In this document: piece by piece, positions 10,790 through 24,760 of the stretch
Layout: each line of letters begins with the position of its first letter
How positions within the stretch are numbered: position 1 is the stretch's first letter
Source of the DNA: Paragordius varius
Lineage: Eukaryota > Animalia > Nematomorpha
Assembly: GCA_964247055.1 (NCBI GenBank)
Contig: OZ176053.1
Span: 13,640,001-13,704,000 of the forward strand
Reading direction: 5' to 3'
Length of the DNA stretch: 64,000 bases
Made by a program: the position numbers and the translations under genes
Notes under the pieces: generated by a model
Told to the model about the DNA's origin: nothing
The model's input: the letters and a program-made list of their open reading frames with translations, nothing else
Databases searched by the model: none

Positions 10790-13700
10790 TGGTCACCGGT
10801 GAACAAAATTATTTTTTATACATTCTCTTAGTAGGACTACATATAAATATAGAGATAGTTTGGCCAACTCTTTCATATCCGATTTTTACAACAATACTTT
10901 AAAAATTAATGTATAAAACTAGTCGCATGATTACTCAAGTTAAACTTTGTCCTTAAAAATCGGATATTGGTCACCGGTGAACAAAATAATTTTTTATACA
11001 TTCTCTTAGTAAGAGTACATCAAAATACAGAGATAGTTTGGCAAACTCTTTCATATCCGATTTTTACAACGATAATTTAAAAATTAATGTATTAAACTAG
11101 TCGCATCAATAAGTCGCATCAATACTCAAGTTAAACTTTGTCCTTAAAAATCGGATATTGGTCAACGGTGAACAAAATAATTTTTTATACATTCTCTTAG
11201 TAAGACTACATCAAAATATAGAGATAGTTTGACAAACTCTTTAATATCCGATTTTTACTACGATACTTTATAAATTAATGTATAAAACTAGTCGTATCAA
11301 AAAGTCGCATCAATACTCAAGTTAAACTTTGTCCTTAAAAATCGGATATTGGTCAACGGTGAACAAAATAATTTTTTATACATTCTCTTAGTAAGACTAC
11401 ATCAAAATATAGAGATAGTTTGACAAACTCTTTAATATCCGATTTTTACTACGATACTTTATAAATTAATGTATAAAACTAGTCGTATCAAAAAGTCGCA
11501 TCAATACTCAAGTTAAACTTTGTCCTTGAAAATCGGATATTGGTCACCGGTGAACAAAATAATTTTTTATACATTCTCTTAGTAAGAGTACATCAAAATA
11601 CAGAGATAGTTTGGCAAACTCTTTCATATCCGATTTTTACAAGGATACTTTAAAAATTAATGTATTAATCTAGTCGCATCAATACTCAAGTTAAACTTTG
11701 TCCTAAAAAATCGGATATTGGTCACCGGTGAACAAAATAATTTTTTATACATTCTCTTAGCAAGACTACATCAAATAATAGAGATAGTTTGACAAACTCT
11801 TTCATATCCGATTTTTACAACGATACTTTATAAATTAATGTATTAAACTAGTCGCATCAATAAGTCGCATCAATACTCAAGTTAAACTTTGTCCTTAAAA
11901 ATCGGATATTGGTCAACGGTGAACAAAATAATTTTTTATACATTCTCTTAGTAAGACTACATCAAAATATAGAGATAGTTTGACAAACTCTTTAATATCC
12001 GATTTTTACTACGATACTTTATAAATTAATGTATAAAACTAGTCGTATCAAAAAGTCGCATCAATAGTCAAGTTAAACTTTGTCCTTGAAAATCGGATAT
12101 TGGTCACCGGTGAACAAAATAATTTTTTATACATTCTCTTAGTAAGAGTACATCAAAATACAGAGATAGTTTGGCAAACTCTTTCATATCCGATTTTTAC
12201 AAGGATACTTTAAAAATTAATGTATTAATCTAGTCGCATCAATACTCAAGTTAAACTTTGTCCTTAAAAATCGGATATTGGTCACCGGTGAACAAAATAA
12301 TTTTTTATACATTCTCTTAGCAAGACTACATCAAATAATAGAGATAGTTTGACAAACTCTTTCATATCCGATTTTTACAACGATACTTTATAAATTAATG
12401 TATTAAACTAGTCGCATCAATAAGTCGCATCAATACTCAAGTTAAACTTTGTCCTTAAAAATCGGATATTGGTCAACGGTGAACAAAATAATTTTTTATA
12501 CATTCTCTTAGTAAGACTACATCAAAATATAGAGATAGTTTGACAAACTCTTTAATATCCGATTTTTACTACGATACTTTATAAATTAATGTATAAAACT
12601 AGTCGTATCAAAAAGTCGCATCAATACTCAAGTTAAACTTTGTCCTTGAAAATCGGATATTGGTCACCGGTGAATAAAATTATTTTTTATACATTCTCTT
12701 AGTAAGACTACATCAAAATATAGAGATAGTTTGACAAACTCTTTCTATCCGATTTTTACAACGATACTTTAAAAATTAATCTATAAAACTAGTCGCATGA
12801 TTACTCAAGTTAAACTTTGTCCTTGAAAATCGGATATTGGTCACCGGTGAACAAAATAATTTTTTATACATTCTCTTAGTAAGACTACATTAAATTATAG
12901 AGATAGTTTGACAAACTCTTTCATATCCGATTTTTACAACGATACTTTAAAAATTATGGTATTAAACCAGTCGCATCAATACTCAAGTTAAACTTTGTCC
13001 TTAAAAATCAGATATTGGTCACCGGTGAACAAAATTATTTTTTATACATTCTCTTAGTAAGACTACATCAAAATATAGAGATAGTTTGACAAACTCTTTC
13101 ATATCCGATTTTTACAACGATACTTTAAAAATTAATCTATAAAACTAGTCGCATGATTACTCAAGTTAAACTTTGTCCTTAAAAATCGGATATTGGTCAC
13201 CGGTGAACAAAATAATTTTTTATACATTCTCTTAGTAAGACTACATTAAATTATAGAGATAGTTTGACAAACTCTTTCATATCCGATTTTTACAACGATA
13301 CTTTATAAATTAATGTATTAAACTAGTCGCATCAATAAGTCGCATCAATACTCAAGTTAAACTTTGTCCTTAAAAATCGGATATTGGTCAACGGTGAACA
13401 AAATAATTTTTTATACATTCTCTTAGTAAGACTACATCAAAATATAGAGATAGTTTGACAAACTCTTTAATATCCGATTTTTACTACGATACTTTATAAA
13501 TTAATGTATAAAACTAGTCGTATCAAAAAGTCGCATCAATACTCAAGTTAAACTTTGTCCTTGAAAATCGGATATTGGTCACCGGTGAATAAAATTATTT
13601 TTTATACATTCTCTTAGTAAGACTACATCAAAATATAGAGATAGTTTGACAAACTCTTTCTATCCGATTTTTACAACGATACTTTAAAAATTAATCTATA

Positions 13701-16700
13701 AAACTAGTCGCATGATTACTCAAGTTAAACTTTGTCCTTGAAAATCGGATATTGGTCACCGGTGAACAAAATTATTTTTTATACATTCTCTTAGTAGGAC
13801 TACATATAAATATAGAGATAGTTTGGCCAACTCTTTCATATCCGATTTTTACAACAATACTTTAAAAATTAATGTATAAAACTAGTCGCATGATTACTCA
13901 AGTTAAACTTTGTCCTTAAAAATCGGATATTGGTCACCGGTGAACAAAATAATTTTTTATACATTCTCTTAGTAAGAGTACATCAAAATACAGAGATAGT
14001 TTGGCAAACTCTTTCATATCCGATTTTTACAACGATAATTTAAAAATTAATGTATTAAACTAGTCGCATCAATAAGTCGCATCAATACTCAAGTTAAACT
14101 TTGTCCTTAAAAATCGGATATTGGTCAACGGTGAACAAAATAATTTTTTATACATTCTCTTAGTAAGACTACATCAAAATATAGAGATAGTTTGACAAAC
14201 TCTTTAATATCCGATTTTTACTACGATACTTTATAAATTAATGTATAAAACTAGTCGTATCAAAAAGTCGCATCAATACTCAAGTTAAACTTTGTCCTTA
14301 AAAATCGGATATTGGTCAACGGTGAACAAAATAATTTTTTATACATTCTCTTAGTAAGACTACATCAAAATATAGAGATAGTTTGACAAACTCTTTAATA
14401 TCCGATTTTTACTACGATACTTTATAAATTAATGTATAAAACTAGTCGTATCAAAAAGTCGCATCAATACTCAAGTTAAACTTTGTCCTTGAAAATCGGA
14501 TATTGGTCACCGGTGAACAAAATAATTTTTTATACATTCTCTTAGTAAGAGTACATCAAAATACAGAGATAGTTTGGCAAACTCTTTCATATCCGATTTT
14601 TACAAGGATACTTTGAAAATTAATGTATTAATCTAGTCGCATCAATACTCAAGTTAAACTTTGTCCTAAAAAATCGGATATTGGTCACCGGTGAACAAAA
14701 TAATTTTTTATACATTCTCTTAGCAAGACTACATCAAATAATAGAGATAGTTTGACAAACTCTTTCATATCCGATTTTTACAACGATACTTTATAAATTA
14801 ATGTATTAAACTAGTCGCATCAATAAGTCGCATCAATACTCAAGTTAAACTTTGTCCTTAAAAATCGGATATTGGTCAACGGTGAACAAAATAATTTTTT
14901 ATACATTCTCTTAGTAAGACTACATCAAAATATAGAGATAGTTTGACAAACTCTTTAATATCCGATTTTTACTACGATACTTTATAAATTAATGTATAAA
15001 ACTAGTCGTATCAAAAAGTCGCATCAATAGTCAAGTTAAACTTTGTCCTTGAAAATCGGATATTGGTCACCGGTGAACAAAATAATTTTTTATACATTCT
15101 CTTAGTAAGAGTACATCAAAATACAGAGATAGTTTGGCAAACTCTTTCATATCCGATTTTTACAAGGATACTTTAAAAATTAATGTATTAATCTAGTCGC
15201 ATCAATACTCAAGTTAAACTTTGTCCTTAAAAATCGGATATTGGTCACCGGTGAACAAAATAATTTTTTATACATTCTCTTAGCAAGACTACATCAAATA
15301 ATAGAGATAGTTTGACAAACTCTTTCATATCCGATTTTTACAACGATACTTTATAAATTAATGTATTAAACTAGTCGCATCAATAAGTCGCATCAATACT
15401 CAAGTTAAACTTTGTCCTTAAAAATCGGATATTGGTCAACGGTGAACAAAATAATTTTTTATACATTCTCTTAGTAAGACTACATCAAAATATAGAGATA
15501 GTTTGACAAACTCTTTAATATCCGATTTTTACTACGATACTTTATAAATTAATGTATAAAACTAGTCGTATCAAAAAGTCGCATCAATACTCAAGTTAAA
15601 CTTTGTCCTTGAAAATCGGATATTGGTCACCGGTGAATAAAATTATTTTTTATACATTCTCTTAGTAAGACTACATCAAAATATAGAGATAGTTTGACAA
15701 ACTCTTTCTATCCGATTTTTACAACGATACTTTAAAAATTAATCTATAAAACTAGTCGCATGATTACTCAAGTTAAACTTTGTCCTTGAAAATCGGATAT
15801 TGGTCACCGGTGAACAAAATAATTTTTTATACATTCTCTTAGTAAGACTACATTAAATTATAGAGATAGTTTGACAAACTCTTTCATATCCGATTTTTAC
15901 AACGATACTTTAAAAATTATGGTATTAAACCAGTCGCATCAATACTCAAGTTAAACTTTGTCCTTAAAAATCAGATATTGGTCACCGGTGAACAAAATTA
16001 TTTTTTATACATTCTCTTAGTAAGACTACATCAAAATATAGAGATAGTTTGACAAACTCTTTCATATCCGATTTTTACAACGATACTTTAAAAATTAATC
16101 TATAAAACTAGTCGCATGATTACTCAAGTTAAACTTTGTCCTTAAAAATCGGATATTGGTCACCGGTGAACAAAATAATTTTTTATACATTCTCTTAGTA
16201 AGACTACATTAAATTATAGAGATAGTTTGACAAACTCTTTCATATCCGATTTTTACAACGATACTTTATAAATTAATGTATTAAACTAGTCGCATCAATA
16301 AGTCGCATCAATACTCAAGTTAAACTTTGTCCTTAAAAATCGGATATTGGTCAACGGTGAACAAAATAATTTTTTATACATTCTCTTAGTAAGACTACAT
16401 CAAAATATAGAGATAGTTTGACAAACTCTTTAATATCCGATTTTTACTACGATACTTTATAAATTAATGTATAAAACTAGTCGTATCAAAAAGTCGCATC
16501 AATACTCAAGTTAAACTTTGTCCTTGAAAATCGGATATTGGTCACCGGTGAATAAAATTATTTTTTATACATTCGCTTAGTAAGACTACATCAAAATATA
16601 GAGATAGTTTGACAAACTCTTTCTATCCGATTTTTACAACGATACTTTAAAAATTAATCTATAAAACTAGTCGCATGATTACTCAAGTTAAACTTTGTCC

Positions 16701-16716
16701 TTGAAAATCGGATATT
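10790..16716 (-). repeat. Tandem duplication of a 16-monomer, 2963-bp HOR
   Basis: Three markers give the same offset of 2963: gtaggac (10831/13794), tcctaaaaaa (11701/14664) and tcaatagtca (12061/15024). The sum 9x191 + 5x178 + 2x177 equals 2963. Confidence 0.9.
11350..12650 (-). repeat. 560-bp trimer module (191+178+191) in tandem; also at about 18.0-18.9, 19.8-20.9 and 31.0-32.3 kb
   Basis: aaggatac at 11641 and 12201; private actgtttaat at 18051 and 18611. Both offsets are 560. Confidence 0.9.
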
Positions 16717-19700
16717 GGTCACCGGTGAACAAAATAATTTTTTATACATTCTCTTAGTAAGACTACATTAAATCATAGAGATAGTTTGACAAACTCTTTC
16801 ATATCCGATTTTTACAACGATACTTTAAAAATTATGGTATTAAACCAGTCGCATCAATACTCAAGTTAAACTTTGTCCTTAAAAATCAGATATTGGTCAC
16901 CGGTGAACAAAATTATTTTTTATACATTCTCTTAGTAAGACTACATCAAAATATAGAGATAGTTTGACAAACTCTTTCATATCCGATTTTTACAACGATA
17001 CTTTAAAAATTAATCTATAAAACTAGTCGCATGATTACTCAAGTTAAACTTTGTCCTTAAAAATCGGATATTGGTCACCGGTGAACAAAATAATTTTTTA
17101 TACATTCTCTTAGTAAGACTACATTAAATTATAGAGATAGTTTGACAAACTCTTTCATATCCGATTTTTACAACGATACTTTAAAAATTATGGTATTAAA
17201 CCAGTCGCATCAATACTCAAGTTAAACTTTGTCCTTAAAAATCGGATATTGGTCACCGGTGAACAAAATAATTTTTTATACATTCTCTTAGTAAGACTAC
17301 ATCAAAATACAGAGATAGTTTGACAAACTCTTTCATATCCGATTTTTACAACGATACTTTAATAATTATGGTATTAAACCAGTCGCATCAATACTCAAGT
17401 TAAATTTGTCCTTAAAAATCGGATATTGGTCACCGGTGAACAAAATAATTTTTTTTACATTCTCTTAGCAAGACTACATCAAATAATAGAGATAGTTTGA
17501 CAAACTCTTTCATATCCGATTTTTACAACGATACTTTAAAAATTAATGTATAAAACTAGTCGCATGATTACTCAAGTTAAACTTTGTCCTTAAAAATCGG
17601 ATATTGGTCACCGGTGAACAAAATTATTTTTTATACATTCTCTTAGTAGGACTACATATAAATATAGAGATAGTTTGGCCAACTCTTTCATATCCGATTT
17701 TTACAACAATACTTTAAAAATTAATGTATAAAACTAGTCGCATGATTACTCAAGTTAAACTTTGTCCTTAAAAATCGGATATTGGTCACCGGTGAACAAA
17801 ATAATTTTTTATACATTCTCTTAGTAAGAGTACATCAAAATACAGAGATAGTTTGGCAAACTCTTTCATATCCGATTTTTACAACGATAATTTAAAAATT
17901 AATGTATTAAACTAGTCGCATCAATAAGTCGCATCAATACTCAAGTTAAACTTTGTCCTTAAAAATCGGATATTGGTCAACGGTGAACAAAATAATTTTT
18001 TATACATTCTCTTAGTAAGACTACATCAAAATATAGAGATAGTTTGACAAACTGTTTAATATCCGATTTTTATTACGATACTTTATAAATTAATGTATAA
18101 AACTAGTCGTATCAAAAAGTCGCATCAATACTCAAGTTAAACTTTGTCCTTGAAAATCGGATATTGGTCACCGGTGAACAAAATAATTTTTTATACATTC
18201 TCTTAGTAAGAGTACATCAAAATACAGAGATAGTTTGGCAAACTCTTTCATATCCGATTTTTACAAGGATACTTTAAAAATTAATGTATTAATCTAGTCG
18301 CATCAATACTCAAGTTAAACTTTGTCCTTAAAAATCGGATATTGGTCACCGGTGAACAAAATAATTTTTTATACATTCTCTTAGCAAGACTACATCAAAT
18401 AATAGAGATAGTTTGACAAACTCTTTCATATCCGATTTTTACAACGATACTTTATAAATTAATGTATTAAACTAGTCGCATCAATAAGTCGCATCAATAC
18501 TCAAGTTAAACTTTGTCCTTAAAAATCGGATATTGGTCAACGGTGAACAAAATAATTTTTTATACATTCTCTTAGTAAGACTACATCAAAATATAGAGAT
18601 AGTTTGACAAACTGTTTAATATCCGATTTTTATTACGATACTTTATAAATTAATGTATAAAACTAGTCGTATCAAAAAGTCGCATCAATACTCAAGTTAA
18701 ACTTTGTCCTTGAAAATCGGATATTGGTCACCGGTGAACAAAATAATTTTTTATACATTCTCTTAGTAAGAGTACATCAAAATACAGAGATAGTTTGGCA
18801 AACTCTTTCATATCCGATTTTTACAAGGATACTTTAAAAATTAATGTATTAATCTAGTCGCATCAATACTCAAGTTAAACTTTGTCCTTAAAAATCGGAT
18901 ATTGGTCACCAGTGAACAAAATAATTTTTTATACATTCTCTTAGTAAGACTACATTAAATTATAGAGATAGTTTGACAAACTCTTTCATATCCGATTTTT
19001 ACAACGATACTTTAAAAATTAATGTATAAAACTAGTCGCATGATTACTCAAGTTAAACTTTGTCCTTAAAAATCGGATATTGGTCACCGGTGAACAAAAT
19101 AATTTTTTATACATTCTCTTAGTACTACATCAAAATACAGAGATAGTTTGACAAACTCTTTCATATCCGATTTTTACAACGATACTTTAAAAATTATGGT
19201 ATTAAACCAGTCGCATCAATACTCAAGTTAAATTTGTCCTTAAAAATCGGATATTGGTCACCGGTGAACAAAATAATTTTTTTTACATTCTCTTAGCAAG
19301 ACTACATCAAATAATAGAGATAGTTTGACAAACTCTTTCATATCCGATTTTTACAACGATACTTTAAAAATTAATCTATAAAACTAGTCGCATGATTACT
19401 CAAGTTAAACTTTGTCCTTAAAAATCGGATATTGGTCACCAGTGAACAAAATAATTTTTTATACATTCTCTTAGTAGGACTACATATAAATATAGAGATA
19501 GTTTGGCCAACTCTTTCATATCCGATTTTTACAACAATACTTTAAAAATTAATGTATAAAACTAGTCGCATGATTACTCAAGTTAAACTTTGTCCTTAAA
19601 AATCGGATATTGGTCACCGGTGAACAAAATAATTTTTTATACATTCTCTTAGTAAGAGTACATCAAAATACAGAGATAGTTTGGCAAACTCTTTCATATC

Positions 19701-22199
19701 CGATTTTTACAACGATAATTTAAAAATTAATGTATTAAACTAGTCGCATCAATAAGTCGCATCAATACTCAAGTTAAACTTTGTCCTTAAAAATCGGATA
19801 TTGGTCAACGGTGAACAAAATAATTTTTTATACATTCTCTTAGTAAGACTACATCAAAATATAGAGATAGTTTGACAAACTCTTTAATATCCGATTTTTA
19901 CTACGATACTTTATAAATTAATGTATAAAACTAGTCGTATCAAAAAGTCGCATCAATACTCAAGTTAAACTTTGTCCTTGAAAATCGGATATTGGTCACC
20001 GGTGAACAAAATAATTTTTTATACATTCTCTTAGTAAGAGTACATCAAAATACAAAGATAGTTTGGCAAACTCTTTCATATCCGATTTTTACAAGGATAC
20101 TTTAAAAATTAATGTATTAATCTAGTCGCATCAATACTCAAGTTAAACTTTGTCCTTAAAAATCGGATATTGGTCACCGGTGAACAAAATAATTTTTTAT
20201 ACATTCTCTTAGCAAGACTACATCAAATAATAGAGATAGTTTGACAAACTCTTTCATATCCGATTTTTACAACGATACTTTATAAATTAATGTATTAAAC
20301 TAGTCGCATCAATAAGTCGCATCAATACTCAAGTTAAACTTTGTCCTTAAAAATCGGATATTGGTCAACGGTGAACAAAATAATTTTTTATACATTCACT
20401 TAGTAAGACTACATCAAAATATAGAGATAGTTTGACAAACTCTTTAATATCCGATTTTTACTACGATACTTTATAAATTAATGTATAAAACTAGTCGTAT
20501 CAAAAAGTCGCATCAATACTCAAGTTAAACTTTGTCCTTGAAAATCGGATATTGGTCACCGGTGAACAAAATAATTTTTTATACATTCTCTTAGTAAGAG
20601 TACATCAAAATACAGAGATAGTTTGGCAAACTCTTTCATATCCGATTTTTACAAGGATACTTTAAAAATTAATGTATTAATCTAGTCGCATCAATACTCA
20701 AGTTAAACTTTGTCCTTAAAAATCGGATATTGGTCACCGGTGAACAAAATAATTTTTTATACATTCTCTTAGCAAGACTACATCAAATAATAGAGATAGT
20801 TTGACAAACTCTTTCATATCCGATTTTTACAACGATACTTTATAAATTAATGTATTAAACTAGTCGCATCAATAAGTCGCATCAATACTCAAGTTAAACT
20901 TTGTCCTTAAAAATCGGATATTGGTCAACGGTGAACAAAATAATTTTTTATACATTCTCTTAGTAAGACTACATCAAAATATAGAGATAGTTTGACAAAC
21001 TCTTTCATATCCGATTTTTACAACGATACTTTAAAAATTAATGTATTAAACCAGTCGCATCAATACTCAAGTTAAATTTGTCCTTAAAAATCGGATATTG
21101 GTCACCGGTGAACAAAATAATTTTTTTTACATTCTCTTAGCAAGACTACATCAAATAATAGAGATAGTTTGACAAACTCTTTCATATCCGATTTTTACAA
21201 CGATACTTTAAAAATTAATGTATAAAACTAGTCGCATGATTACTCAAGTTAAACTTTGTCCTTAAAAATCGGATATTGGTCACCGGTGAACAAAATTATT
21301 TTTTATACATTCTCTTAGTAGGACTACATATAAATATAGAGATAGTTTGGCCAACTCTTTCATATCCGATTTTTACAACAATACTTTAAAAATTAATGTA
21401 TAAAACTAGTCGCATGATTACTCAAGTTAAACTTTGTCCTTAAAAATCGGATATTGGTCACCGGTGAACAAAATAATTTTTTATACATTCTCTTAGTAAG
21501 AGTACATCAAAATACAGAGATAGTTTGGCAAACTCTTTCATATCCGATTTTTACAACGATAATTTAAAAATTAATGTATTAAACTAGTCGCATCAATAAG
21601 TCGCATCAATACTCAAGTTAAACTTTGTCCTTAAAAATCGGATATTGGTCAACGGTGAACAAAATAATTTTTTATACATTCTCTTAGTAAGACTACATCA
21701 AAATATAGAGATAGTTTGACAAACTCTTTAATATCCGATTTTTACTACGATACTTTATAAATTAATGTATAAAACTAGTCGTATCAAAAAGTCGCATCAA
21801 TACTCAAGTTAAACTTTGTCCTTGAAAATCGGATATTGGTCACCGGTGAACAAAATAATTTTTTATACATTCTCTTAGTAAGAGTACATCAAAATACAGA
21901 GATAGTTTGGCAAACTCTTTCATATCCGATTTTTACAAGGATACTTTAAAAATTAATGTATTAATCTAGTCGCATCAATACTCAAGTTAAACTTTGTCCT
22001 TAAAAATCGGATATTGGTCACCGGTGAACAAAATAATTTTTTATACATTCTCTTAGCAAGACTACATCAAATAATAGAGATAGTTTGACAAACTCTTTCA
22101 TATCCGATTTTTACAACGATACTTTATAAATTAATGTATTAAACTAGTCGCATCAATAAGTCGCATCAATACTCAAGTTAAACTTTGTCCTTAAAAATC

Positions 22200-24760
22200 G
22201 GATATTGGTCAACGGTGAACAAAATAATTTTTTATACATTCTCTTAGTAAGACTACATCAAAATATAGAGATAGTTTGACAAACTCTTTAATATCCGATT
22301 TTTACTACGATACTTTATAAATTAATGTATAAAACTAGTCGTATCAAAAAGTCGCATCAATACTCAAGTTAAACTTTGTCCTTGAAAATCGGATATTGGT
22401 CACCGGTGAATAAAATTATTTTTTATACATTCTCTTAGTAAGACTACATCAAAATATAGAGATAGTTTGACAAACTCTTTCTATCCGATTTTTACAACGA
22501 TACTTTAAAAATTAATCTATAAAACTAGTCGCATGATTACTCAAGTTAAACTTTGTCCTTGAAAATCGGATATTGGTCACCGGTGAACAAAATAATTTTT
22601 TATACATTCTCTTAGTAAGACTACATTAAATTATAGAGATAGTTTGACAAACTCATTCATATCCGATTTTTACAACGATACTTTAAAAATTATGGTATTA
22701 AACCAGTCGCATCAATACTCAAGTTAAACTTTGTCCTTAAAAATCAGATATTGGTCACCGGTGAACAAAATTATTTTTTATACATTCTCTTAGTAAGACT
22801 ACATCAAAATATAGAGATAGTTTGACAAACTCTTTCATATCCGATTTTTACAACGATACTTTAAAAATTAATCTATAAAACTAGTCGCATGATTACTCAA
22901 GTTAAACTTTGTCCTTAAAAATCGGATATTGGTCACCGGTGAACAAAATAATTTTTTATACATTCTCTTAGTAAGACTACATTAAATTATAGAGATAGTT
23001 TGACAAACTCTTTCATATCCGATTTTTACAACGATACTTTATAAATTAATGTATTAAACTAGTCGCATCAATAAGTCGCATCAATACTCAAGTTAAACTT
23101 TGTCCTTAAAAATCGGATATTGGTCAACGGTGAACAAAATAATTTTTTATACATTCTCTTAGTAAGACTACATCAAAATATAGAGATAGTTTGACAAACT
23201 CTTTAATATCCGATTTTTACTACGATACTTTATAAATTAATGTATAAAACTAGTCGTATCAAAAAGTCGCATCAATACTCAAGTTAAACTTTGTCCTTGA
23301 AAATCGGATATTGGTCACCGGTGAATAAAATTATTTTTTATACATTCTCTTAGTAAGACTACATCAAAATATAGAGATAGTTTGACAAACTCTTTCTATC
23401 CGATTTTTACAACGATACTTTAAAAATTAATCTATAAAACTAGTCGCATGATTACTCAAGTTAAACTTTGTCCTTGAAAATCGGATATTGGTCACCGGTG
23501 AACAAAATAATTTTTTATACATTCTCTTAGTAAGACTACATTAAATTATAGAGATAGTTTGACAAACTCTTTCATATCCGATTTTTACAACGATACTTTA
23601 AAAATTATGGTATTAAACCAGTCGCATCAATACTCAAGTTAAACTTTGTCCTTAAAAATCAGATATTGGTCACCGGTGAACAAAATTATTTTTTATACAT
23701 TCTCTTAGTAAGACTACATCAAAATATAGAGATAGTTTGACAAACTCTTTCATATCCGATTTTTACAACGATACTTTAAAAATTAATCTATAAAACTAGT
23801 CGCATGATTACTCAAGTTAAACTTTGTCCTTAAAAATCGGATATTGGTCACCGGTGAACAAAATAATTTTTTATACATTCTCTTAGTAAGACTACATTAA
23901 ATTATAGAGATAGTTTGACAAACTCTTTCATATCCGATTTTTACAACGATACTTTATAAATTAATGTATTAAACTAGTCGCATCAATAAGTCGCATCAAT
24001 ACTCAAGTTAAACTTTGTCCTTAAAAATCGGATATTGGTCAACGGTGAACAAAATAATTTTTTATACATTCTCTTAGTAAGACTACATCAAAATATAGAG
24101 ATAGTTTGACAAACTCTTTAATATCCGATTTTTACTACGATACTTTATAAATTAATGTATAAAACTAGTCGTATCAAAAAGTCGCATCAATACTCAAGTT
24201 AAACTTTGTTCTTGAAAATCGGATATTGGTCACCGGTGAATAAAATTATTTTTTATACATTCTCTTAGTAAGACTACATCAAAATATAGAGATAGTTTGA
24301 CAAACTCTTTCTATCCGATTTTTACAACGATACTTTAAAAATTAATCTATAAAACTAGTCGCATGATTACTCAAGTTAAACTTTGTCCTTGAAAATCGGA
24401 TATTGGTCACCGGTGAACAAAATAATTTTTTATACATTCTCTTAGTAAGACTACATTAAATTATAGAGATAGTTTGACAAACTCTTTCATATCCGATTTT
24501 TACAACGATACTTTAAAAATTATGGTATTAAACCAGTCGCATCAATACTCAAGTTAAACTTTGTCCTTAAAAATCAGATATTGGTCACCGGTGAACAAAA
24601 TTATTTTTTATACATTCTCTTAGTAAGACTACATCAAAATATAGAGATAGTTTGACAAACTCTTTCATATCCGATTTTTACAACGATACTTTAAAAATTA
24701 ATCTATATAACTAGTCGCATGATTACTCAAGTTAAACTTTGTCCTTAAAAATCGGATATT
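22200..24760 (-). repeat. 915-bp pentamer module (191+191+177+178+178) in tandem; also at about 15.4-17.0 and 26.4-28.0 kb
   Basis: aaaaatcagat at 22739/23654/24569, 15966/16881 and 26933/27848. All offsets are 915. Confidence 0.9.
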